This document shows positions 49,815 through 59,434 of a DNA stretch of 64,000 nt, piece by piece. A program made the translations under genes and the position numbers. This DNA is from an uncultured Solibacteraceae bacterium (lineage in GTDB: Bacteria; Acidobacteriota; Terriglobia; Bryobacterales; Bryobacteraceae): the NCBI GenBank assembly GCA_964406035.1, contig CAYOQB010000005.1, forward strand, positions 10,860 to 74,859, given 5' to 3'. The notes under the pieces are model-generated. The model had not been told where the DNA came from, did not search any database, and was given only the letters and a program-made list of their open reading frames with translations. The first letter of the stretch is position 1. Every line of letters begins with the position of its first letter.

Positions 49815-50372
49815 ATGAAGCTTTCGGCCCTCCTGGTGGTCCTTGCAGCCGCCAACGTTTGCCAGGCACAGGACTACCTGCGCAAGTGGAACGTGTATGG
49901 CGCGGCGGGCTACGGGTGGACGTCCGACGATGAAGGCTCCGTCGGCAATGGGTTCGCGGGCGGCGGTGGCGTGGGTTACCGCTTCAACCGCCGCCTGGAG
50001 GCGGTCTTCGACATCAACGCGTTCCGTCATCGCCGCGAGGGCGCCCTGGGCCGCGCGGAGTTCGCGGGCAACGGGCAATACTACACGGGTAACCTGCTCT
50101 ATCACTTCTCCGGTTCGCGATTCCAGCCGTACATTCTTGGCGGGGCTGGTGGTATCGCCTACCAAGTGGACCGCGGCATCAACCTTCCGCGCGACACCAG
50201 CACGGGCGGTTTCGCCATTACTTTCGGAGCAGGCGCAAAGGCGTTCGTTTCGGAGAGGTTCTCCATTCGCCCGGAAGTGCGGGTGTATGCCGGAGGGCGA
50301 GGCGCCGCGGGCGGGATCGAGCCGCCGATCGTGAACGTGCGCTTCGCCGTGGGCTTCGGGTATCACTGGTAA
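49815..50372 (+). CDS. Small outer-membrane beta-barrel protein (OmpA-beta/OmpW-like, 8-stranded type)
   Basis: Signal peptide MKLSALLVVLAAANVCQA. Alternating Gly/aromatic beta-strands. C-terminal FGYHW. Confidence 0.8.
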   Translation: MKLSALLVVLAAANVCQAQDYLRKWNVYGAAGYGWTSDDEGSVGNGFAGGGGVGYRFNRRLEAVFDINAFRHRREGALGRAEFAGNGQYYTGNLLYHFSGSRFQPYILGGAGGIAYQVDRGINLPRDTSTGGFAITFGAGAKAFVSERFSIRPEVRVYAGGRGAAGGIEPPIVNVRFAVGFGYHW

Positions 50373-50408
50373 CGCCGGGCGCCGGGCCGCGCAACATACA
50401 ATGAGTGA

Positions 50409-50876
50409 ATGCGCGCCCTTTTGGTGCTGTTCCTCACTCTTCCCCTGCTGGGGGCCGATCCGCGGAAGCAGTTGATCGGAACCTGGAGGCTGGTTTCCTA
50501 CGAACGAACGACCCCTGCCGGGATTACGGAGTCGCCGTTTGGGAAGACCCCGGCCGGGCGCCTGATCTACGATGCGAAGGGCCGCATGTCGACGCACATG
50601 ATGCGGCCCGGACGCCCGTCGTTTTCGGAACCGCAGTTGCGCAACGGGACTCCGGCGGAGATCGAAGCCGCGTATCGCGGGTATCTGGCGTATTGGGGCA
50701 CGTTCACGGTCAACAGCACGGAGAAAGTGATTCTGCACCGGATCGAAGGCAGCCTGTATCCCAACTGGGTCGGGTCGGAGCAGAGACGCCCGTTCTCATT
50801 TGAGAAAGGTCGTCTGGTGCTGATTTCGGATTCGTCGCTGGGGCGGGCGAGGATCGTGTGGGAAAAGCTGCCGTAA
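50409..50876 (+). CDS. Lipocalin-like domain protein, secreted
   Basis: Signal peptide followed by LIGTWRLVSYE...GRLIYDAKGRMS...YLAYWGTFTV, a pattern typical of lipocalin-like (Lipocalin_5-type) domains. Confidence 0.75.
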   Translation: MRALLVLFLTLPLLGADPRKQLIGTWRLVSYERTTPAGITESPFGKTPAGRLIYDAKGRMSTHMMRPGRPSFSEPQLRNGTPAEIEAAYRGYLAYWGTFTVNSTEKVILHRIEGSLYPNWVGSEQRRPFSFEKGRLVLISDSSLGRARIVWEKLP

Positions 50877-50877
50877 G

Positions 50878-53475
50878 CTACCTCGGCCGCCGGCCCACCC
50901 AGATGGGACTCGACCAGGCCATTGCGCCGTCCACTTGCACGACGCGGACGTAATAGTAGTCACCGGGTTGCGTTCCGTCGGTATCGGCGAAGCTGAATTC
51001 GCGATCGAGCGGCGCCCTGGCCGGGACGAGTTGCACCTGCACGATGTCGATATTGTTGCCGGTCTTCAGCTCGCGGCGGCCGAGTCCCTGGCGCAGATCG
51101 CCGATGCGGAACACAATATCTTCGGCGGGCAGGTCCGCGGCGGGCCGGTCCATCATTTCGGGGGTAGTGCCGTCCTGCGCCACCACCTCCCGTACGGCGG
51201 CGAGGCGGACGCGAACCGTGGTGTCGGGGGTCACGCCATTTAGCTTTAGCAGCAGCGACTGGCCGCGCCCGCGCGTGTTGCTGTTCCACAGAATCCGGTT
51301 TGGATTTCCGGCCGCGCGCGAGGTTCGCCAGGACGTGGGGTTCAGGAACCAGGGCTCGCGGATCTCCCGAATCTCCGCCCCGTTCACTTCGACGCTGCCG
51401 CGCCAGATGCGCGCGCCGCGCGGGTTCTTGCGTCCCGTGAACACCTCGGTGGAGGACTCCACCTTCACCTGCACTTCGATTTCCGGCTGCAGATCCGCCT
51501 CGAGGCCACGCTGGCTGTAAATCACCTTGCCATTCCGGATGACGTCGACGGTGTCAATGGGCGCCGTGCCCATCACCTTGGCTTGGATCTTGCGCTGGGG
51601 CGACTCGGGCGTGCGTTCTCCCATCCCCGCCCCGTTCAACGTGACATCCATCAGGATGCGTTCTCCTGTCGTCGCATACGTGGACCGGTTCCGCAGCGAC
51701 TGAAAGATGTCGGAGGCGCGATTCCGCTGCGCGAACACGGCGGCGAGCCCTCCTAATTGCCGGTTGGTGGCGGGCGAGTAACCCGGATGCCCCGAGTGAT
51801 TGTCGGAAGCTCCGACAAACCCGACCTCAAAACCGTTCTGCAGGTACTTGTTGCCGAAGTACTCGAACGTGCCGTGGCCGGAGGTGATCTCCGCCAGCCG
51901 CTCCATCTCCGCGTCATTGCGATTCCAGTCGCCGGTCTGGTGCGCGTGGGGAATGATCAGCACCTCGCTGGGTTTATGCAAGGACCGGAGCCGCGTGTAC
52001 AACTCATCCAGGTTCTGCGCCTCCTGAACGGGGGCGCGCCGCCGACCCTTGGGGGTCGCGAAAAACACATTGTGGTGCCCGCCCAGGGGATTCAAGGCTG
52101 TCCACTCATAGCCGAGGATCGTCGTGAAGGCGCCGGGCTTGTCGTACTTGCCAGTGGTCTCCTGCAGATTGCGCCACTCCCAATCATCCATCCACAAGTC
52201 GTGTTCGGAGAGCGTGAGGAAATCGAGCCGCGCGACATCGCGGCCGAACCGGAAGTAGCCATCGGGCGATCCGGTGCCCTCGGCGAATCCGGTGTGCCCG
52301 TGCGTATCTCCCCAGTAGATGCGCGTCGCGGGATTCGTCTGCACCCATACCGGATTACTGACGCCTTCCCGCGATCCGTCCGGGGTGCGGACCGTGAATC
52401 GATACACCCCCGGCGCTCCGGCTTTGATCCCGGTGATCACGTTCATCGCGGGGCTGCCCTCGGCGAGCGTGCGGATGACCTCTCCATTGCGCGATAGCTC
52501 ATAAGCCGGCGCCCCGCCGCTTGCCAGGTTCTTGGTCGCGTCCTCACTGCGGACGGCCAGAGAGATGTTCTCGCCGGCCTTGACGACGGAAGGCGCGATC
52601 ACGCTGACATAACGCACATCGCTCGCGCCCAGAACCTCGAACGAGGGCCAGGATGGCGTAAGAGGCTCGCCCCTGCCTTCCAGGTCCACATGGATCGGAA
52701 GGATGACTCGGTCATTGGAAAAATTCTGCAGCCTGACGCCTTTGGACCCCTTGGAGGTGTCGCCGTAGGTGATGGTCACCGTGTCGCCCTTCTCCAGGCG
52801 CGTGCCGCTCAGGCGCAGATTCAGCGTGTCACGGGTGATGAAGCTGGTGAACTGGCCCCACGGCGCGACCGCGGCGAAGCTCGCGCCGGGACGCGATACC
52901 CGGACGCTGATGAAATCGTCCGCTGTAGCGTCCGCCATCTGCGGCGACGCGCCGCGCCCGAGCGTCAGGATCAACCCGCCGCCCGGCTCCATCGGCTTGC
53001 CGCCGACCGTGAACGTCTGTTCGATTGTCAGATAATCGCCGGCGCGAAACGGGCCGGGTTTGGACAGCTTCAGTGATCCCGCCGCATCGGGGATCTCTTC
53101 CAGCGTGCGGAACTCCGCCGCGTACCGGCGGATGAAATTTGCGGCGGCGCGCAGGTCCACCTGTTGCCCTGAGTTGGCCGCGCGGATGCTTCGCGAGTGC
53201 GCGAACACATTCAGCGGGTAATCCACCGGGATCTGTTTGCCGGTCAGCGCATACGCGTTGCTCCAAAGCCAGAGCGTTTCCAGCCGGGCAGCGAGTACAG
53301 GCGCGATGGCGGACGGCTGCGCGGCCTCGCTCTTCAGCTTCTCAACCCGCGCCCGCAGGTCCTTTTCCAGGTAGTCGGACGCAGCAGACGGAGAGATCGA
53401 GGTCTGGTGCAGGTACGCCGCCGCCAGCGCGAAGGCCGCGATCGCCGCCGTCAAGCGGACCGAGTGGGCTTGCAT
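50878..53475 (-). CDS. Large secreted DUF3604-like metal-dependent hydrolase domain protein
   Basis: Signal/anchor N-terminus. ~370-aa beta-rich N-region. Then YWGDTHGHTGFAEG...LSEHD...IIPHAH, reminiscent of DUF3604/PHP-like metal sites. Confidence 0.78.
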   Translation of the reverse strand: MQAHSVRLTAAIAAFALAAAYLHQTSISPSAASDYLEKDLRARVEKLKSEAAQPSAIAPVLAARLETLWLWSNAYALTGKQIPVDYPLNVFAHSRSIRAANSGQQVDLRAAANFIRRYAAEFRTLEEIPDAAGSLKLSKPGPFRAGDYLTIEQTFTVGGKPMEPGGGLILTLGRGASPQMADATADDFISVRVSRPGASFAAVAPWGQFTSFITRDTLNLRLSGTRLEKGDTVTITYGDTSKGSKGVRLQNFSNDRVILPIHVDLEGRGEPLTPSWPSFEVLGASDVRYVSVIAPSVVKAGENISLAVRSEDATKNLASGGAPAYELSRNGEVIRTLAEGSPAMNVITGIKAGAPGVYRFTVRTPDGSREGVSNPVWVQTNPATRIYWGDTHGHTGFAEGTGSPDGYFRFGRDVARLDFLTLSEHDLWMDDWEWRNLQETTGKYDKPGAFTTILGYEWTALNPLGGHHNVFFATPKGRRRAPVQEAQNLDELYTRLRSLHKPSEVLIIPHAHQTGDWNRNDAEMERLAEITSGHGTFEYFGNKYLQNGFEVGFVGASDNHSGHPGYSPATNRQLGGLAAVFAQRNRASDIFQSLRNRSTYATTGERILMDVTLNGAGMGERTPESPQRKIQAKVMGTAPIDTVDVIRNGKVIYSQRGLEADLQPEIEVQVKVESSTEVFTGRKNPRGARIWRGSVEVNGAEIREIREPWFLNPTSWRTSRAAGNPNRILWNSNTRGRGQSLLLKLNGVTPDTTVRVRLAAVREVVAQDGTTPEMMDRPAADLPAEDIVFRIGDLRQGLGRRELKTGNNIDIVQVQLVPARAPLDREFSFADTDGTQPGDYYYVRVVQVDGAMAWSSPIWVGRRPR

Positions 53476-53537
53476 GATGCCCTGTTATACCGGAATCGCT
53501 GCCCGGGCGTTAGCTATCGGCGCTTGACAGTCAGGGG

Positions 53538-54725
53538 CTAATTCGCGAGTTCGAACAGACCAGCCGCGCCCTGCCCCCCGCCGATGCACATGGTGACCAC
53601 GCCGTAACGGGCCTTGCGGCGTTGCATCTCGTTTGCGATGGTGCCCACCATCCGCGATCCGGTCATGCCGAACGGGTGACCAATTGAGATGGAGCCGCCG
53701 TTCACGTTGAGCTTCTCCATGGGGATGCCCAGCCGGTCGCGGCAGTACACCACCTGCACCGCAAAGGCTTCGTTCAGCTCCCAAACGTCGATGTCGCCGG
53801 CTTTCATGTTGAACCGCTCGAGCAGCTTGGGCACGGCGAACACCGGCCCGATGCCCATTTCGTCGGGATCGCAGCCGGCCACGGTGAAACCGCGGAAGAC
53901 CAGCTTGTACGGAACTCCGAGCTTTTCGGCTCGCTCGCGCGACATCAGGAGCGTGGCTGATGCGCCATCGGAAAGCTGCGACGAATTGCCGGCGGTCACG
54001 CTGCCCTTGCCGCTGGTCTTGTCGAAAACGGCGGGGAGCCCCAGCAGACCTTCCAGCGTGGTATCGGTGCGGTTGCATTCATCCTTGTCCGCGCAAACTT
54101 CTTCCGTGCCGATCTTCTCCCCGGTCTTCTTGTCCAGGATCGCGCGTGTCACCTTTAGCGGAGCGATCTCGTCTCCGAAGAAGCCCTCCTGCTGGGCGCG
54201 AGCGGTGCGCTTCTGGCTCTCCAGCGAATACTCGTCCTGGGCCTCGCGGGACACGTTGTAGCGCTTGGCTACCACCTCAGCCGTGTCCCCCATGGCCATG
54301 TAGATGCCGGGAAGCTTTTCCTTCAAGATCGGATTTGGATCGGAGTCGCGCACCATCATGGTGATGCTTTCGACGCCCCCGCCGATAGCGGCATCGGCGC
54401 CCTCCACCATGATGTGATGCGCCGCCATGGCGACTGCCTGCAGGCCCGAGGAACAGAAGCGATTCACCGTGGTTCCTGGAACCGATGTCGGCAGTCCGGC
54501 GAGCATCGCCGCCACGCGCGCGACATTGCTGCCCTGCGCGCCATGCGGCTGCCCGCAGCCCAGGATCACGTCGTGCATCTCTGCGGGGTCCAATTGTGGG
54601 GTGCGCCGCATCACTTCGCGAATACAGTGCGCGGCCAGATCGTCGGGGCGCGTCATGTTGAACGATCCGCGGTGGGACTTGGTGAGCGCAGTTCGCGCGC
54701 TGGTGACGACAACAGCTTCTCGCAT
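53538..54725 (-). CDS. Acetyl-CoA C-acyltransferase (thiolase)
   Basis: Active-site Cys context VNRFCSSGLQAV. Also GHPFGMTGSR and MCIGGGQGAAGLFE. Confidence 0.95.
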   Translation of the reverse strand: MREAVVVTSARTALTKSHRGSFNMTRPDDLAAHCIREVMRRTPQLDPAEMHDVILGCGQPHGAQGSNVARVAAMLAGLPTSVPGTTVNRFCSSGLQAVAMAAHHIMVEGADAAIGGGVESITMMVRDSDPNPILKEKLPGIYMAMGDTAEVVAKRYNVSREAQDEYSLESQKRTARAQQEGFFGDEIAPLKVTRAILDKKTGEKIGTEEVCADKDECNRTDTTLEGLLGLPAVFDKTSGKGSVTAGNSSQLSDGASATLLMSRERAEKLGVPYKLVFRGFTVAGCDPDEMGIGPVFAVPKLLERFNMKAGDIDVWELNEAFAVQVVYCRDRLGIPMEKLNVNGGSISIGHPFGMTGSRMVGTIANEMQRRKARYGVVTMCIGGGQGAAGLFELAN

Positions 54726-54820
54726 GGGTGGTCTATAGGTCCTTTCCGGCTAGAGTAGCATCAGTTCCGGCGGCACCCGGCCCGCTGCGTAGTGCAACTG
54801 TTAAGTTCGCGGTGGACGGG

Positions 54821-54856
54821 AAAAAGAGAACGGCCGGGCGGTGAGGCCCGGCCGTT
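54821..54856 (-). terminator. Intrinsic terminator downstream of the 54886-58065 gene
   Basis: 11-bp stem AACGGCCGGGC / GCCCGGCCGTT (54829-54839 / 54846-54856). On the minus strand it is followed by CTCTTTTT (plus-strand AAAAAGAG at 54821-54828). Confidence 0.65.
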
Positions 54857-54885
54857 CCGACGGTTGAGGTTAGTGAATCAGACCC

Positions 54886-57800
54886 TTACCACAGGAATCG
54901 CGCATTGATTTGGATGTTGCGCGATAACGTGTTGGTGGCCTGGTAGTAGCCGAAGTTCGCCGGCGTGTTCAGCAGCGCGCCGGGCAGAGTGAACGACGTG
55001 TTGTTGAACACGTTGAAGATCTGGCCCTGGAGCTGGAAGCGGTAGCGCTCCGTGATGCGGAACTCCTTGCCGACGGTCCAGTCGAACAAGGTCATTCCGT
55101 TCTGGCGGAGAACGTTGCGCCCCATGTTGCCGGTCTGGCCCAGGAGCGGGAAGGTCATTCCCGAGTTCGCGGCCAGGTTCGGATTGTTGGCGCCCGCGCC
55201 CGGATCGGGGCGGAACTCAAAGTTCAGAGGTCCGCTGATGTTCGGGCGGATGGTATGGTTCGCAACCGGGTTGTTGACGCGGAGCGAAGTGTCGAGCAGC
55301 CCGAGCCGCTGCCCGGTAATGATGTTCTGCGGCAAGCCGGAGTTCACCTGGAAGATTCCAGAGAACTGCCAGCCGCCGAGGGTGTGCTTCAGGAAGCCGT
55401 TGTCGCTGTTCTTGAACCACGGCAGATCCCAAACATGGCTGAGCACGAAGCGGTGCGGCATGTCATGCGCCGAAACCGCGCGATTCTCGCGCCAGTTGTC
55501 GGGGTTCTGGGCCACCTGAACGTCGTTGATCAGGATGCCCAGCGCGTCCGACGCGTTGTCGATGGATTTGGACCAGGTGTACGCCGCGTTGAAGGTGAAG
55601 CCCTTCGCGAAGCGCTTCTGGGCGCTGAACTGGAAGGAGTGGAAGTTGGCGTTACCGCCGGATTCCACCAGCGTCAGGTAGCCGAATCGCGGATCGAGGC
55701 GATTGGTGGGCTGAGTCGGACCCGGGTTGGCGCCGGCCTGGATGGCCAGGTAGCGCGCCAAATTCGCCTGTTCCTCAGCCGGGGAATTGGACACGGGAAT
55801 CTGGCTGGCGGGGACGGTGTTGGGCGTCCGCGTAAGCTGCAGATAGTTCGACTTGGTGCCGACGTAACCCGCACGCATCACGATGCCTGCCAGGTCCCGC
55901 TCCACGGTGAAGTTCCACTGGTGGATCTGGGGATTGCGCAGGTTCTGGTCCACCGCGGCTACGGAGCCGAAGTTGCGGATGGTGGTGCCGAAGCTGCCCA
56001 CCAGCGCCTGACCCGAAGCTTGGAACGGAGCAGAGTAATTCGCCAGCGCCGCGTACGAGTTTCCGCCCTGGAACGCGCTTTCCGTCAGCAGATACATGAA
56101 CGGAGGCGCGAAACGCAGGTTGGTGATCGGATTCAGGAAGGCGAAATCGTAGGCCAGGCCGTAACCGGTGCGAATGGCCCACTTGCCGCCGCCGGGATTC
56201 CACGACAAACCGACGCGGGGCGCCCAGTTGTACTGATTCTGGGAAGCCTTGTCGACCACCTCGAAAGCTCCCAGGGGGCCGGTGCCAGCGCCGCCCATAG
56301 CGGCGGTGCTGTTGAGATTCAGATTGGACAGAATACCGTTGACTTCGGTGGCGCCCAGATTGCCCTCGAAGCGCAGGCCGAGGTTCAAGGTCAGGGTGCG
56401 GCTCACCCGCCAGTCATCCTGGAAGAAAGCGAAGTGACTGGAAACGCGAGTGCCGCGAACTGAGTTGCCGAAGCGCTGCGAGTAACTGGTCGGCGTGCCG
56501 GCGGCGAAGGCCGCGAAATTCGCGAAGTTATACTGGCCGCGGACGACCGATTCAAAGTAGCTGTTGGACTGAATCCGATTGAACTCATAACCGCCCTTGA
56601 ATGTGTGCGTCCCCAGCGTGTAGGTGACCGTGTTCAAGTACTGATAGGTATTCTGCGTGCGCCCCTGCGGACCGCCCGTCCAGGTGTTCAGGTCGGCGGT
56701 GGCGTCCAGGAAGTTGATGTAGGGCTGCAGATTGGTCGCGGCAGCGGCGAAATCCGGCGTGCTGCGGCCGTACGATGCCAGGAAGTTGTACACCATGCGC
56801 GGAGTGAAGGTGCGCGTATAGGATGCCGTCGCGTTGGTGTCGCGGCCCGCCAGAAGCGCGCCGTTGCCCAGCAGGTTGGAGCTGACGAACGTCAGGCCGG
56901 TGTTGGTGCCAGCCGTGTCGTTCTGGCCGATGCGACCGAAGAAGCTGTCCTTCTCGGAGATGTTCCAGTTGATCTTGGCCGAATACGCCCAGGAGTCGGT
57001 GAAGTTCGGCGCCTGGTTGCTGACCGTTCCGCTCGGCGAAGACACGCCGTTGGAGGCTTCCCACAGCCGGCGCGACGTCGGATCCGTGATGGTGGCCACC
57101 TGCGCCGGCGTGGGCACCGTGGCAATGCGTGTCCCGCCCGCTCCGCGGATTAAGTTCCACTCGCCGGTTCCGAACCAGAACAGCTTGTCCTTAATGATGC
57201 GTCCACCCGCGGCGGTGCCGAAGCGGTTGTCGCGCGTGATGGTCGCCTTCCCGGTGCGATCGAAGTAGTCGCGCGCGTTCAGCTTGTCGTTGCGGAAGAA
57301 CTCGAACACGGAGCCGTGAAAATCATTGCTGCCGCTCTTGGTGATGATCTGGAACTGCGAGTTCGCATTACGCCCGAACTCCGCCGAGAAGTTGTTGGTG
57401 ATGAAGTTCACTTCCTGAATACCGTCGAGCGGCACCGTGCCCAGACCTACCGAGCCGCTGATGCTGACGTCGGTCGCGGTGGCGTTATCCAGCGTGATGT
57501 TGTTGCCGCGACCCCGGCCGCCATTCACGTTGAAGTTGCCGAAGCCCTGGAAGCCGTTGTTGTCCTGCGGCGGGAACGGCGAAACGCCGGGCGCGGTCTG
57601 CGCCAGGCCCAGAATGCCTGCCGTCGAAGTATTCAGCGGCAGATTCGCGACTTCCTTCGTCGTCGTCGTGGTCGCCAACTGCGCGTTCACGGTGTTGATC
57701 TGGACCGCGGAGTCCGTAACCACCACTTCCTGCCGCGTCGTCGCCACTTCCAGGCCGAACTTCAGTTCCTGCACCTGGCCTGAGCTGACGGTGGTCTGCG

Positions 57801-58065
57801 ACTTCGCGCCGCCGAAGCCGCCGGCTTCCGCCTGCACTTCGTAGCGTCCCGTGTTCAGCAGGGTGAAGCGGACCGAGCCGTCGCCGGCCGTGGTCGCGGT
57901 TCGTACCGCGCCTGTCTCAAGATTTTTCAGCGTGATTGTCGCGTTCGGAATCACAGCGCCGCTGCGATCCGTCACGGTCACGAAAATGTCGCCGGTGATC
58001 TGAGCAAACAGGCTTGTGCTCAGACAAGCCAGGATTGCCAGAATCCAAATTGTTTTTCGAGCCAT
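54886..58065 (-). CDS. TonB-dependent-receptor-like outer-membrane protein with carboxypeptidase-regulatory-like domain (1059 aa)
   Basis: Signal peptide MARKTIWILAILACLSTSLFAQ. ITGDIFVTVTDRSGAVIPNATITLKNLETG...GRYEV. C-terminal aromatic residue (ARFLW). Paralogous in architecture to 37473-40736. Confidence 0.88.
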   Translation of the reverse strand: MARKTIWILAILACLSTSLFAQITGDIFVTVTDRSGAVIPNATITLKNLETGAVRTATTAGDGSVRFTLLNTGRYEVQAEAGGFGGAKSQTTVSSGQVQELKFGLEVATTRQEVVVTDSAVQINTVNAQLATTTTTKEVANLPLNTSTAGILGLAQTAPGVSPFPPQDNNGFQGFGNFNVNGGRGRGNNITLDNATATDVSISGSVGLGTVPLDGIQEVNFITNNFSAEFGRNANSQFQIITKSGSNDFHGSVFEFFRNDKLNARDYFDRTGKATITRDNRFGTAAGGRIIKDKLFWFGTGEWNLIRGAGGTRIATVPTPAQVATITDPTSRRLWEASNGVSSPSGTVSNQAPNFTDSWAYSAKINWNISEKDSFFGRIGQNDTAGTNTGLTFVSSNLLGNGALLAGRDTNATASYTRTFTPRMVYNFLASYGRSTPDFAAAATNLQPYINFLDATADLNTWTGGPQGRTQNTYQYLNTVTYTLGTHTFKGGYEFNRIQSNSYFESVVRGQYNFANFAAFAAGTPTSYSQRFGNSVRGTRVSSHFAFFQDDWRVSRTLTLNLGLRFEGNLGATEVNGILSNLNLNSTAAMGGAGTGPLGAFEVVDKASQNQYNWAPRVGLSWNPGGGKWAIRTGYGLAYDFAFLNPITNLRFAPPFMYLLTESAFQGGNSYAALANYSAPFQASGQALVGSFGTTIRNFGSVAAVDQNLRNPQIHQWNFTVERDLAGIVMRAGYVGTKSNYLQLTRTPNTVPASQIPVSNSPAEEQANLARYLAIQAGANPGPTQPTNRLDPRFGYLTLVESGGNANFHSFQFSAQKRFAKGFTFNAAYTWSKSIDNASDALGILINDVQVAQNPDNWRENRAVSAHDMPHRFVLSHVWDLPWFKNSDNGFLKHTLGGWQFSGIFQVNSGLPQNIITGQRLGLLDTSLRVNNPVANHTIRPNISGPLNFEFRPDPGAGANNPNLAANSGMTFPLLGQTGNMGRNVLRQNGMTLFDWTVGKEFRITERYRFQLQGQIFNVFNNTSFTLPGALLNTPANFGYYQATNTLSRNIQINARFLW

Positions 58066-58253
58066 ATGTAATCTCCCAAAAGCGATAGTCCGTACCGGAT
58101 TTGCACATCACAATCCTGATCGAACCTTCGGGAGTCTCAGGCACGTTGAGGACCAGTGGCGAGGCGCGGTTTTCCGGGGCAAGTTGCTGTTTTGAGGCGC
58201 GAAATGCCGGCGCGTTCTCGATTTTGGAAATGGTTTCTGGAAAGTGGAATTGC

Positions 58254-59432
58254 TCAGGCGCCCAACAGCCCAACTACAGCGTTGAGAAGAAGCATCAGCA
58301 GCGCCAGCGGGATCAGATACTTCCATCCCAGATTCATCAGTTGGTCGTAGCGCAATCGTGGTAACGTGCCGCGTAACCAGAATAGAAGATAAAGAACCAG
58401 CGCGAGCTTGAGGAAGAACCAGAAGGGGCCAATCAGAATCGCGTTCACAGCGGGGATGAGAAACACAAGCCCCGCGCTAATCAATGCCCCCGCGATCAGG
58501 AGCAGCAAAACGCGCTGCCAGCGCCTGCGGACCTTCTTTACCAGCAGCAGCGAACTCGCGCCGGAGCCGCTGATCAGCAGGACCGGGAACGCGAAGTTCA
58601 GCGGAACCTCCAACCAGGCGACGCCGGGCAACGGGCGCAGCCATCCGCCGAAGAACAGCACCACCGTGACACCACAGATCACGAACGCATGCGCGTATTC
58701 GCCCAGCATAAAGAGCGCCCAGCGGAATCCGCTGTATTCCGTGTGGAAGCCTGCAACCAGTTCGGACTCTGCTTCCGGAAGGTCGAACGGGGCGCGATTG
58801 GTCTCTGCTACCGCCGCGATCAGGAAGATGCCGAAAGTCACGATCATCAGGCCGAAGTTGTCGAACACGAACCAGATGCCGCGCCGCTGCTGCGCCTGTA
58901 CGATCTCGACCAGGCTCAGCGAGCTTGCCGACATCACCGGTGCGAGCATCGCCAGCGTCACCGCGACTTCGTAACTCACCAGTTGCGCCGCGCCGCGCAG
59001 TGACCCCAGCAGCGAGTAGTGGCTGTTTGACGCCCAGCCGCCGAGCGTCATGCCGAGGACGCCGACGGCGCCCAGCGCGCTGATGATCAGCAGTCCGACG
59101 TTCATGTCGGCGACGTACAGCCGCTCGCCAAACGGCAGCAGCGCGATCGCGGTAAGGCCGGTGAAGGCGGCGATCAGCGGCGCCATCCAGAACAGGGCCT
59201 TGTCCGCGCCCGCCGGCACCACGTCCTCCTTCAGCAGCAGCTTCAGCGCGTCGGCCAGGGGTTGCAGCAGGCCATGCGGTCCGGCGCGCATCGGTCCCAG
59301 GCGCGCCTGCATGTCGGCCAGGATCTTGCGCTCGACATGCACCAGGTATCCCGTCAGCAGCGGAAAGCCCAGCACGATCAGCGCGGTCAGCAGCAGCGGC
59401 GTGAACAGCGGATGCGAAATCAGACCCTGCAT
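58254..59432 (-). CDS. nuoH: NADH-quinone oxidoreductase subunit H
   Basis: ATG 59432 (MQGLISHPLF). Signature VERKILADMQARLGPMRAGPHGLLQPLADALKLLLKED. Also TNRAPFDLPEAESELVAGFHTEYSG and LPRLRYDQLMNLGWK. The longer track ORF is a run-on into nuoN. Confidence 0.93.
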   Translation of the reverse strand: MQGLISHPLFTPLLLTALIVLGFPLLTGYLVHVERKILADMQARLGPMRAGPHGLLQPLADALKLLLKEDVVPAGADKALFWMAPLIAAFTGLTAIALLPFGERLYVADMNVGLLIISALGAVGVLGMTLGGWASNSHYSLLGSLRGAAQLVSYEVAVTLAMLAPVMSASSLSLVEIVQAQQRRGIWFVFDNFGLMIVTFGIFLIAAVAETNRAPFDLPEAESELVAGFHTEYSGFRWALFMLGEYAHAFVICGVTVVLFFGGWLRPLPGVAWLEVPLNFAFPVLLISGSGASSLLLVKKVRRRWQRVLLLLIAGALISAGLVFLIPAVNAILIGPFWFFLKLALVLYLLFWLRGTLPRLRYDQLMNLGWKYLIPLALLMLLLNAVVGLLGA

Positions 59433-59434
59433 GG

